From the NCBI GenBank assembly GCA_964505785.1, contig CAZDJZ010000003.1, forward strand, positions 99,186 to 163,185: DNA of 64,000 bases, in the 5' to 3' direction. Below, piece by piece: positions 46,088 through 54,385 of this stretch. This DNA comes from an uncultured Eubacteriales bacterium (lineage in GTDB: Bacteria; Acidobacteriota; Aminicenantia; Aminicenantales; Aminicenantaceae). The notes under the pieces were generated by a model, which saw nothing but the letters and a program-made list of their open reading frames with translations, was not told where the DNA came from and did not search any database. The position numbers and the translations under genes are program-made. Within the stretch, counting starts at the first letter, position 1; each line of letters starts with the position of its first letter.

Positions 46088-46510
46088 TCAGCGCCGCCGG
46101 TGCCTGCCCCGCCAATTGGGAAATCCGTATTTATCCCTGAGTTCTTTGATTCGGTCCTCAAATGTGATCTTGCGGGCGATAATATGACGCAATTCCCCTC
46201 CCCTCCGGGTAACAGAGCCGGTTATTTTGACTTGTTGTCCCGGCTGCAAATCCCAGTCTAAAAACCATTCAGGACAAAGTTCAACGCTGAATATTTCCCC
46301 AGCAGCCTTATCTTTAATATGGATAATCAGGAATTGGGCCCGTCCCCGGTACCTCGGCTCCTCCTCGGAATGCTGGATAGTCCCTTCCAGGATTATTTCC
46401 CTGTCAGAATGATAAAAATATTTATTCGGCTGGCTCATAGCGGGAGAAACCATCAAAAAAAATAAGATCCCCCCCCAAATGATAGTTGTGCTCTTTATAA
46501 ATACGTTCAT
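46088..46510 (-). CDS. small secreted/periplasmic protein of unknown function, first gene of the two-component block
   Basis: Signal-like N-terminus MNVFIKSTTIIWGGILFFLMVSPAMSQ, a beta-rich core and a C-terminal ...LRDKYGFPNWRGRHRRR. GAGG lies upstream of the ATG at 46510. Confidence 0.55.
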   Translation of the reverse strand: MNVFIKSTTIIWGGILFFLMVSPAMSQPNKYFYHSDREIILEGTIQHSEEEPRYRGRAQFLIIHIKDKAAGEIFSVELCPEWFLDWDLQPGQQVKITGSVTRRGGELRHIIARKITFEDRIKELRDKYGFPNWRGRHRRR

Positions 46511-46533
46511 CACGCTACCTCAATCCAAAAGTA

Positions 46534-46551
46534 GTGCCAAAAGCATGCCAA
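46534..46551 (-). promoter_or_regulatory. candidate sigma-54 (-24/-12) promoter
   Basis: The minus strand reads TGGCATGctttTGGCA against the consensus TGGCACG-N4-TTGCW, with GG and GC correctly spaced. The GC is 26 nt upstream of the ATG at 46510. A second, weaker overlapping motif is TGGCACtacttTTGGA. Confidence 0.45.
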
Positions 46552-46625
46552 CCTCGGCATTTTTCTGCCATCAGGCTATTTTTCAACGCCTGCATTTTTT
46601 ATCATAACAAAAATGTTACAAATAC

Positions 46626-46637
46626 GACAATATTGTC
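46626..46637. promoter_or_regulatory. perfect 12-bp palindrome, possible activator binding site (UAS)
   Basis: GACAATATTGTC lies 75-87 nt upstream of the candidate -24 element, within the divergent intergenic region. Confidence 0.25.
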
Positions 46638-46716
46638 ACAAAAAATCGATCCCTCGCGGCATTTTGGCCCGGCATGCGCTCCCTTTAGATTTCACCGCTC
46701 CTAGTTAAAATAAAAT

Positions 46717-46744
46717 GGAAGAAGTCAATCTAATCGTTCGTCAA
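46717..46744 (+). promoter_or_regulatory. candidate ECF-sigma-type promoter for the small secreted protein gene
   Basis: aatGGAAGaa (GGAAG at 46717-46721), a 17-nt spacer, then ttCGTCAA (CGTCAA at 46739-46744), 18 nt before the ATG at 46763. Nearly the same motif precedes the ECF sigma gene. Confidence 0.4.
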
Positions 46745-46762
46745 AATATATTTGGAGGTAAA

Positions 46763-47128
46763 ATGAAAAAAATATCATTTTTAAGCCTTTTTTTGTTAAT
46801 ATCTGTTCTTTTCTTCGCGGATACCGTTACGGATGTAAGCGGAGAATGGGAACTCACTGTGCAAACACAGCGGGGTGATATGACTCAGAGCATGAACATT
46901 CAGCAGGATGGAGAATCCATCACTGTCACAATGAAGGGAATGCGGGGAGGTGAATTCACCGGAGAGGGGACCATTAAAGGGACAGCCATTGAATGGACTG
47001 TCCAGCGCTCAACCCAGCGGGGTGAATTCACCATGGCCTATACCGGAACTGTAGAAAGTAATGCCATGTCCGGTGAAGCTGCCGTCATGAACCGGACAGT
47101 TGAATGGAGCGCTGTGCGCAAACAATAG
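46763..47128 (+). CDS. small secreted protein (121 aa) with internal duplication
   Basis: GGAGG lies 5 nt upstream of the ATG at 46763. Signal peptide MKKISFLSLFLLISVLFFA. Repeated EWELTVQTQRGDMTQ / EWTVQRSTQRGEFTM segments. Confidence 0.55.
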   Translation: MKKISFLSLFLLISVLFFADTVTDVSGEWELTVQTQRGDMTQSMNIQQDGESITVTMKGMRGGEFTGEGTIKGTAIEWTVQRSTQRGEFTMAYTGTVESNAMSGEAAVMNRTVEWSAVRKQ

Positions 47129-47293
47129 TCACCATGACCACTGGTCATCAGCCGGATTGCGGTGGTTCACTGTGAAGCTTTCATCGGTCGGAGTGTATTC
47201 CATCACACGGGCAATCAGTTCGACAGCCAAGCGAATTTTCCGGAACTTGCATCTCTTTTAATATAAATAAATAATAAGCCAAATAACCTGAAT

Positions 47294-47320
47294 GGAAGAA
47301 TTTACTGAACCCTTCGTCTA
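47294..47320 (+). promoter_or_regulatory. candidate autoregulated ECF-sigma-type promoter
   Basis: aatGGAAGaa (GGAAG at 47294-47298), a 16-nt spacer, then ttCGTCTA (CGTCTA at 47315-47320), 38 nt upstream of the ECF sigma ATG, with GGAGGA as RBS. Confidence 0.4.
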
Positions 47321-47358
47321 ATGTAATGAGACGGAGGATTTGAAAAGTTTGAAAATTA

Positions 47359-47922
47359 ATGAACGAACACAACCTGGTTCAGGAAGCACAGAAAGGAAAT
47401 GAAGAAGCCTTTACCGAACTGGTAAGAGAATATATGAATAAAATGATTAATCTTGCATACATCTTCACACGCAACCATGAAACTGCGGAAGATTTGGCCC
47501 AGGAAACTTTTTTTAAAGCCTTCAACGCTCTATCCCGGTTCAAATTTAATTCCTCTTTTGGAACCTGGCTTTACCGGATTGCTGTCAATACAGCCAAAGA
47601 TTATTTACGAAAAGCAGACCACATCCGGGAAGAATCACTGAATAATCACGAATATAAATATCCGGAAAACACCACAACCCGTCCTGACCGCAAAACCGAT
47701 CAGAAAGAATTATCACGGATTATTCATAAGGTGATGGAGGGTTTACCCGCCAAACACCGCATTATCATAACTTTACGGGATTTGCAGGGTTTATCCTATG
47801 CAGAAATCGCCCGCATTTTGAAAATTTCTGAAGGGACGGTTGATTCCCGGCTTTTCCGGGCCCGAAAATCCCTGCGTGAAAAAATTGGTCCCTATCTTTA
47901 TCCGGACAGGAGGAAAACATGA
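47359..47922 (+). CDS. ECF-type RNA polymerase sigma factor
   Basis: Sigma-70 region 2 (AEDLAQETFFKAF...FGTWLYRIAVN) and region 4 (LSYAEIARILKISEGTVDSRLFRARKSL). 187 aa. Confidence 0.9.
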   Translation: MNEHNLVQEAQKGNEEAFTELVREYMNKMINLAYIFTRNHETAEDLAQETFFKAFNALSRFKFNSSFGTWLYRIAVNTAKDYLRKADHIREESLNNHEYKYPENTTTRPDRKTDQKELSRIIHKVMEGLPAKHRIIITLRDLQGLSYAEIARILKISEGTVDSRLFRARKSLREKIGPYLYPDRRKT

Positions 47923-48407
47923 GGTGCAAAAAAGCGGAACAGTATCTTTCCCTTTTTTTAGACGGAAGATTGGAGCCTGAACAATCAGCCGCATTGGACC
48001 TGCATTTAGAAATTTGTCCGGAATGCCGCCGGAAAAATAAAGAATATCAAGCTATGCTGAGCTGTATGAAAAACCAGGAGTTTCCAGCAGCCTCGCCCTA
48101 TTTTATCACCCGGCTGAAATCCCGGCTTACCCAAGGATATCAACCGGAAACAGTATGGAAAAGATGGGCTTTGCGTGCCATGCCGGTTTCTCTGTTAACC
48201 ATTGTTCTCTTGGCTGCCGTTATTGTCTTCATTCCGCCTGCTTCCACCCCTGAATTCAGTCAATCCGAAATTCTTCTGCATAATCAAAATCCTTTTGAAG
48301 AAACCTGGCCCTTGATGGAGGAGGAATTAGGAGCTGAATCCGCCAATATGCGGATAATTTTCACCGCCTGGAGCGAATATCCTGGGCTGAGGAGGCCCTT
48401 TCCATGA
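47919..48407 (+). CDS. anti-sigma factor (zf-HC2, single TM)
   Basis: HLEICPECRR zinc-finger motif near the N-terminus and a central TM helix (MPVSLLTIVLLAAVIVFI). Overlaps the sigma gene by 4 nt. Confidence 0.75.
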   Translation: MRCKKAEQYLSLFLDGRLEPEQSAALDLHLEICPECRRKNKEYQAMLSCMKNQEFPAASPYFITRLKSRLTQGYQPETVWKRWALRAMPVSLLTIVLLAAVIVFIPPASTPEFSQSEILLHNQNPFEETWPLMEEELGAESANMRIIFTAWSEYPGLRRPFP

Positions 48408-48847
48408 GAAATTCATATAAATTTTGGATCATCATCTCTTTTATTCTGGTGTTTACAGCCGGAATTCTCGGCGGAATTCTCCTGGAGCGAAACCTATTGA
48501 ACACTGAGAAACAACAAAAGCGTGACCGTCGCGAACGGGTTCACTTTCCTACAATGGAAGAAATGGCGCAGACCCTGCAGCTGAGTGAAAAGCAGCAGGA
48601 AGCGATTCGTGATGTCTTTGAGCAAAATGAGAGCCGTTTGAAAGAATTGCAAAGAGAAATCCACAAACAATTCAGCTCTCTCCGCAGCCATCTGCTCGAT
48701 GACATCAGGCAAGTTCTCAACGATGAGCAAAAAATAAAATTTGATGCGATGATTGAAAACTACCGCAAGCTGCGGCGGGAGGAATGGGAAAAAAGAGAAA
48801 AGGACAAACAAAGAGAAGACCCCTCTAGAAAAAATCCCAAAGAATGA
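48404..48847 (+). CDS. Spy/CpxP-family (LTxxQ-type) periplasmic protein
   Basis: N-terminal TM/signal segment, with LTxxQ-like repeats LQLSEKQQEAIRDVF and LNDEQKIKFDAMIE. Helical and charged. Confidence 0.6.
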   Translation: MRNSYKFWIIISFILVFTAGILGGILLERNLLNTEKQQKRDRRERVHFPTMEEMAQTLQLSEKQQEAIRDVFEQNESRLKELQREIHKQFSSLRSHLLDDIRQVLNDEQKIKFDAMIENYRKLRREEWEKREKDKQREDPSRKNPKE

Positions 48848-48883
48848 AGAAAAGAATTATTTTTACAAGTATTATTCTATTAG

Positions 48884-48930
48884 GCTGGATTATTCACTGG
48901 CCGCGATTGCCGCTGCACGATGAATCAGGC
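48884..48930. repeat. 47-bp mini-element of the repeat family
   Basis: GCTGGATTATTCACTGGCCGCGATTGCCGCTGCAC followed by the inverted, degenerate terminus GATGAATCAGGC. The interior matches 2466-2487. Confidence 0.6.
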
Positions 48931-49029
48931 CCTGGAGAGACGATTTAATTTGCTCTTGATAACAAATAGCGAAACCAATCGTATAGATATATGGTTAAAA
49001 AAACATATGACATCATTTTGGAGGTTCAC

Positions 49030-50592
49030 ATGACAATCCGAACATTAATCGTGAGTTTGCTTCTTTTCATATTCACGCTCACTCCTCTATTCGCTCAGGA
49101 GCAAGAAATGCAGCTCTCCTTGGAGGACAGTATTTTAAAGGCGCTTAAGAATAATCTTGGGATCCAAATTGAGATCCTTAACCCGGAACTGGCGGCTATT
49201 TCCGTAAACCAGGCGCAGGAAAAATTCATCCCCACCCTTTCACTGGGGTTCAGCCAAAGAGAACAAAATTCAGCTTCGTATTCATTTTTAGATGCTGCGG
49301 ATAAGGTCTCAACACAGAATTCGAACTATGACTTTTCCATCACCCAGCAGCTTCCCACCGGCGGGAATTTATCTGCTCAAATGTCCGGTTATAAATTTGA
49401 TACCAACCGGAATTTCCAAACCATTAATCCCAGGTACGGCGCTGAGCTGAGTTTTTCGCTTCAACAGCCGCTGCTGCAAAACTTCGGCCTGAAGATGGGA
49501 CGACGGGAAATACTGATCGCCGGCAACAGTCTGGCTGCTACAGAGGAATCCTTCAAAAAATCCGTTCAAGACCTGGTATATCAAGTTGAGGATACATATT
49601 GGAATCTGGTTTATTATATTCAGGACCTGGAAGTCAAAAAACAGTCTCTTAAACAAGCCGAGCAGCTTTTAGAGAAAAACCGGCGGGCGGTTGAAGTGGG
49701 GACCATGGCTCCTATGGAAGTGATCAACGCCCAAACCAGTGTCGCCCAGCGCGAAGCGGACATTCTGGCCGCCGAAACACAAGTGAAGAACCAGGAAGAC
49801 CGGTTGAAGACATTGCTCAACCTGAAAACAGAAAATATCCAAGCGGAAATGATCCACCTCGTTCCTTCTGATGCCCCGGATTACGAATCGACGGAAATAT
49901 CCTTGGAAGAAGCATTGGCCACTGCAATGGATAAACGGCCGGATCTTAATGCCAGCCGGATCAACCTGAAAAACACCGAGCTGGACCTCAGCTATGCCAA
50001 GAACCAAATGCTTCCGGATTTAAGCTTGAACGCCCAATATTACAGCCCCGGCGTTTCCGGAGACCAGCTCGTCTATCTGAATAATAATCCTCTGACGGGC
50101 GTTATTATTGACCGCATCCCCGGAGGGTTTTCAGATTCACTGGAAGACGCCTTCGGTTTCAAATACAAAAACTGGACGCTGGGGTTAACCCTGGACCTGC
50201 CCCTCAATGATGTATTTTCACGGGCCCAGTTGGCCCAGGCTCAGGTCAATCTAGGACAAGCCCGCATGCAGATTGAAAACCAGCAGCAGCAGCTGTTCCG
50301 CGATATTAAAATCGCGGTACGCAATGTAGAGAGCAATTTCAAACGCATCCGGGCTTATAAAACCGCCCGGGAGTTTGCGGAGAAGCAGCTGGCCGCGGAG
50401 GAAGAAAAACTCAAAGTGGGGTTGTCCACTAATTTTTTAGTGCTGCAGTACCAAACCGATTTAGCGAACGCCCGCAGCAGTGAATTGCGGGCAATCATCG
50501 ATTATAAGCTTTCTTTGGCTCAGCTTTTTCGCGATATAGGAACCAATTTGAGTGAACACGACATTAGTATGAATCAGATGTACGGCAAGTAG
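49030..50592 (+). CDS. TolC-family outer membrane efflux protein
   Basis: Signal peptide MTIRTLIVSLLLFIFTLTPLFAQE, with GGAGG upstream of the ATG at 49030. About 520 aa with the two-repeat OEP architecture. Confidence 0.8.
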   Translation: MTIRTLIVSLLLFIFTLTPLFAQEQEMQLSLEDSILKALKNNLGIQIEILNPELAAISVNQAQEKFIPTLSLGFSQREQNSASYSFLDAADKVSTQNSNYDFSITQQLPTGGNLSAQMSGYKFDTNRNFQTINPRYGAELSFSLQQPLLQNFGLKMGRREILIAGNSLAATEESFKKSVQDLVYQVEDTYWNLVYYIQDLEVKKQSLKQAEQLLEKNRRAVEVGTMAPMEVINAQTSVAQREADILAAETQVKNQEDRLKTLLNLKTENIQAEMIHLVPSDAPDYESTEISLEEALATAMDKRPDLNASRINLKNTELDLSYAKNQMLPDLSLNAQYYSPGVSGDQLVYLNNNPLTGVIIDRIPGGFSDSLEDAFGFKYKNWTLGLTLDLPLNDVFSRAQLAQAQVNLGQARMQIENQQQQLFRDIKIAVRNVESNFKRIRAYKTAREFAEKQLAAEEEKLKVGLSTNFLVLQYQTDLANARSSELRAIIDYKLSLAQLFRDIGTNLSEHDISMNQMYGK

Positions 50593-50619
50593 ACATTTTC
50601 CGGAAATAGTATTAGTATA

Positions 50620-50647
50620 CCTGTTTTATTCATCATTAAAATTCAGG
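50620..50647. repeat. degenerate 28-bp relic of the repeat-family termini
   Basis: CCTGTTTTATTCAtcattaAAATTCAGG. The left end resembles CCTGKATTATTCA and the right end resembles ...AATTCAGG. Confidence 0.4.
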
Positions 50648-50717
50648 AATTACGTTATCCCGGCGCTTAATCATGAAGCATTGAATAAGCCGGGTTATGC
50701 TTCGAGGACATTCGTTT

Positions 50718-52892
50718 ATGAAAAAGTTGCATTTAATGCTGGCAGGCTTACTCTTATGTATTCTCCCTGCTCCATCGGCATCCGGCAGCGGTAATTTTGT
50801 CGTCAATGCTGCTGAAAATTCCCCCCCACCAAAAATTGACGGCTTCCTGGATGACCCCTTTTGGGAAAAGGCTTCGGTTTTAGATCAATTCACCCAGTAT
50901 GAACCGGTGGAAGGCGGCAAGCCATCCGAAGAAACCGTGGTTTATATCGGCTATGACAGTCAAAACCTCTATGTCGGGGCCCGCGCCTATGATTCCAATC
51001 CCGGCGCCATCCGGGCCTGCCTGACAAAGCGGGACGAAGTTATGGGCGACGATGAGATCTCCATCTATTTCGATACTTTCAATGATAAAAAGCAGGCCTT
51101 TGTCTTTAAGGTAAATCCCTGCGGGGTTCAGTCTGACGGAATGTATTTGGAAAACCGCCGGCGGCGTCCGGGCGGCGGTTTTGACGGGATTGACAAATCC
51201 TGGGATACATATTTTCTGACCGGAGCCGAAATGGATGCCCAGGGATACACAGTAGAAATTCAAATTCCCTTTAAAAGCTTACGGTTTCCCAATGCCCCCA
51301 CTCAGACATGGGGGCTTCAGGTAAGAAGAAATATCCAGCGTAAAAATGAAGATATTTACTGGGCTCCGCGTTCCCGCGACGTCAACGGTTTTCTGATTCA
51401 GGCCGGGACATTGAAAATTGAGGGTCCGCTTGAGAAAGGCCGCAATTTTGAAGTGATGCCCGTGCTCACCGGGATCCAATCCGCCCATGAAAAATTCAAC
51501 CCCCAACCCAGCCTCAATCTTAAATATGGGATTACCTCCGACTTGACCGCAGACCTGACAGTCAATCCTGATTTCAGCCAGATCGAAGCGGATATGCCTC
51601 AAGTTAATGTCAATCAAAGATATCCGCTGTATTTTCCGGAACGGCGTCCCTTTTTCCTGGAAGGACGGGATATTTTTGATACTCCCATCGAATTGATTTA
51701 TACCCGCAGTATCACTAATCCCGCATGGGGGACCAAGCTGACAGGAAAAACCGGCAAGACCACTTTAGGATTTCTCAGCGCCTATGATGAAACGCCCACA
51801 TACATCAATATCCCTGCTCCTGCCGGCACGGACATAGAGGCCCTGCAGGAGAACACCAGGGGCCTGATCAATATCTTTCGCCTTAAACAAGATCTCTATC
51901 CGGAATCCTATATCGGATTTGTTTTCACCGACAAGGAAACCGGGCAGGGCTGGGATACCCTAACCGATAACCATAACCGGGTGGGCGGCGTGGACGGCCA
52001 CTTTAAATTTGATGACTATACCCGGCTCTCCTTTCAGATCGTCGGGTCCCACAGCCAGGTTGGCGGAGAAAACACCGGCTGGGTCCCCGCTATGAGCTTC
52101 AATCTCAGCCGGCAATCCCGTCACTGGAGCCTGTCCGCGGATTATAATTACCTGCCGGAAGATTTTGAAGCATCGCTCGGATTCCTCCGAAGAAAAGATA
52201 TCAAATCATTTCACACCCGGCTTGGTTATAATATCCTTCCTCAAAATGATATTATTGTCGACATCCGGCCTTCCATTGAATACCGCCGGAACTATGATTT
52301 CAACAACAACCTGACGGATGAAGAAATCCAAATCGGAGGATTTATCAGCGGTTGGCGGGGGACTTTTCTTTTCGCGCGCTTCACCTCTGAATTGGAGCGG
52401 TATGAAGACATAGACTTTTATAAAAACTCCGTGCGGATGCACTTGAATTCCGATCCCTTGTCCTGGTTTTCCGGAAACCTGTCCTTTTCCATGGGCGACG
52501 GCATTTATTACGATGAAAATCCCTATCTCGGATACTTAATATCCTATGGATTTCGAGCCACCTTTAAACCACTGGCAAATTTCCGGATTTTTTACAATTT
52601 CAGTAATAATACTTTTTATGATAAGAAAGGCGGCGACCAGATATACCGTATCAATATCATAAGCCAGAGGATCAACTACCAGTTATCCCGGTCTCTGTCT
52701 CTTCGCCTTATAACCGATTACAATGATTACTACGGCGATTTTTACGGCAGCCTGCTGCTGAGTTATGAGTACCGTCCCGGAACTGTCTTCTATCTCGGAA
52801 TGGATAACAGCCAGATAAAAGATGATTTGGGCATTTTCAGGGAAGAAAGCCGGTATTATTTCATCAAATTTTCCTACTGGTGGCGAATCTGA
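50718..52892 (+). CDS. CBM9-like / DUF5916 family outer-membrane-associated protein
   Basis: Signal peptide MKKLHLMLAGLLLCILPAPSASG and an N-terminal IDGFLDDPFWEKA motif. The C-terminal ~450 aa are beta-rich and end in an aromatic residue region (...YFIKFSYWWRI). Confidence 0.65.
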   Translation: MKKLHLMLAGLLLCILPAPSASGSGNFVVNAAENSPPPKIDGFLDDPFWEKASVLDQFTQYEPVEGGKPSEETVVYIGYDSQNLYVGARAYDSNPGAIRACLTKRDEVMGDDEISIYFDTFNDKKQAFVFKVNPCGVQSDGMYLENRRRRPGGGFDGIDKSWDTYFLTGAEMDAQGYTVEIQIPFKSLRFPNAPTQTWGLQVRRNIQRKNEDIYWAPRSRDVNGFLIQAGTLKIEGPLEKGRNFEVMPVLTGIQSAHEKFNPQPSLNLKYGITSDLTADLTVNPDFSQIEADMPQVNVNQRYPLYFPERRPFFLEGRDIFDTPIELIYTRSITNPAWGTKLTGKTGKTTLGFLSAYDETPTYINIPAPAGTDIEALQENTRGLINIFRLKQDLYPESYIGFVFTDKETGQGWDTLTDNHNRVGGVDGHFKFDDYTRLSFQIVGSHSQVGGENTGWVPAMSFNLSRQSRHWSLSADYNYLPEDFEASLGFLRRKDIKSFHTRLGYNILPQNDIIVDIRPSIEYRRNYDFNNNLTDEEIQIGGFISGWRGTFLFARFTSELERYEDIDFYKNSVRMHLNSDPLSWFSGNLSFSMGDGIYYDENPYLGYLISYGFRATFKPLANFRIFYNFSNNTFYDKKGGDQIYRINIISQRINYQLSRSLSLRLITDYNDYYGDFYGSLLLSYEYRPGTVFYLGMDNSQIKDDLGIFREESRYYFIKFSYWWRI

Positions 52893-52897
52893 CGCAC

Positions 52898-53105
52898 CCT
52901 GAATCATTCATAAAAAAATTGCGGTGTTATAGCTGTTTATTTTTCATTCCAACATATACCGGCTGCAAATTTCAGAATCTATGAAACGTTTGTTTTTTTC
53001 TTATTTTCATCTTAAGCGCAATTTTTTTCTTTTTGGGCGGGCCGAGATTGATCCAGGTTGTCCCGAGCAAAGCGAACGACGGGTTTATTATTTTCATCGA
53101 AACAG
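52898..53105 (+). repeat. copy C of the modular repeat family
   Basis: CCTGAATCATTCATAAAAAAATTGCGGTG (starts 6 nt after the stop codon), then GCGCAATTTTTTTCTTTTTGGGCGGGCCGAGATTGA (53016-53051), then GTCCCGAGCAAAGCGAACGACGGG (53059-53082). Confidence 0.55.
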
Positions 53106-53131
53106 GTAGAATGTTTTTTCTGGAATGAATA

Positions 53132-54385
53132 ATGAAAAGACAATCCTCACGGCTGCAGGGCATTTTTTCAGGATATCTGCTTATATCAAGCTTGTTTCCG
53201 CTTCTTCTTTATTCCCAATCACAACGTGAATTCAGCCTGAAAGAAATTCTGGAAATCGGCATCGCTAAAAATCCCCGTATAGCCGCTATTAATCACAAGG
53301 TCGAAGCAAAAAAAGCCGCCTTGCATCAATCCCGTTCGTATGCCAATCCCAGCCTTAGTTATCAGATTGGGGGTGCTGAAAATTTTGAAGGAACCATCCA
53401 CCGGACAACACAAGGGTTATCTTTGAATCAACCCTTTGAAAATCCTTTTAAGCGCCATTACCGCATTCAATCCTTTCAATCCGGCTGGCAGGCCGAAGAA
53501 TATCATTCCCATGCGTACAAGCTCCAAATTGAATATGAAATAAAGGAATTATTTTTCACAATCTTATGGCTTAAACGGGGAGAAGAGCTGACTGTTGAAA
53601 ATTTCCAATCTATTCGCGAGATTTATCATTTAATCGCGAAGAAAGCAGAACTGGGAGAAGTCAAAGAGCTGGAAGCCTTGAAGCTGGAAGTTGAATCCAT
53701 GCAGGCGGAAAATGAAGTCATACGTATCCGGACTGAGCTGCAGACGGCCCGCGAAAATCTCAATGCCAGCCTGGGCCGGGCCCTGCCCGAAGATTTTTTT
53801 CTGGCCGGGGAACTTGATTATCATCCGGTCAGCAAATCATTGGATACCTTGCTGGAAGCAGCTTTAAACAATCACCCCAGTCTTAAAAAAAAGGAGAAAG
53901 AAGTGGAACAGGCCGCAAATCTTTGGAATTTCAACCGCTGGCAGCGGCTACCTGACCTTGAGCTGTCCGCATTCACAGCCAAAGAACTGCATGGCCAAAA
54001 TAAAGGTTTGGGGGTTTCTCTGAATATTCCACTCTGGGATTTCAATTCCGGAGAAATCGCCCGAAGCCAAAGGCTGCTGGAATCTCATCAGCAGGAAATG
54101 ACTTCACTGGAGATTGAGCTGGCAGCAAATATCAGGACCCGTTATTCCCGGCTGCTGTTAGCGGAAAAAACCCTGGATCTTTTCCAAAAAGGGTTGCTGA
54201 AACAAGCCAGGGAAAGCGAAAGGATCGCGAGGTTCAGTTATCAGAATGGTGAAATATCGCTTATTGATTACCTCGATTCCAAAAGAATTTTCTTGCAGAT
54301 TCAAAAAGATTATGATCAGGCTCTCCTCACATGGAGCCTGGAAAAAGCCGGCTTGGAGATGGCGGCTGGAGAAACAATCAAATGA
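53132..54385 (+). CDS. outer membrane factor of the heavy-metal efflux system (CzcC/CusC-like, TolC family)
   Basis: 417 aa with a signal-like N-terminus and OEP repeats. Its stop overlaps the adaptor gene start (ATGA). Confidence 0.8.
   Translation: MKRQSSRLQGIFSGYLLISSLFPLLLYSQSQREFSLKEILEIGIAKNPRIAAINHKVEAKKAALHQSRSYANPSLSYQIGGAENFEGTIHRTTQGLSLNQPFENPFKRHYRIQSFQSGWQAEEYHSHAYKLQIEYEIKELFFTILWLKRGEELTVENFQSIREIYHLIAKKAELGEVKELEALKLEVESMQAENEVIRIRTELQTARENLNASLGRALPEDFFLAGELDYHPVSKSLDTLLEAALNNHPSLKKKEKEVEQAANLWNFNRWQRLPDLELSAFTAKELHGQNKGLGVSLNIPLWDFNSGEIARSQRLLESHQQEMTSLEIELAANIRTRYSRLLLAEKTLDLFQKGLLKQARESERIARFSYQNGEISLIDYLDSKRIFLQIQKDYDQALLTWSLEKAGLEMAAGETIK

Noticed and set aside
47242-47248. 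GGAACTT as the -35 element of the ECF promoter
   Set aside because: It is a perfect ECF-like -35 sequence, but no CGTC-type -10 follows at 15-18 nt (aaataa is there instead). The GGAAG/CGTCTA pair 50 nt downstream has correct spacing and a twin upstream of the neighbouring gene.
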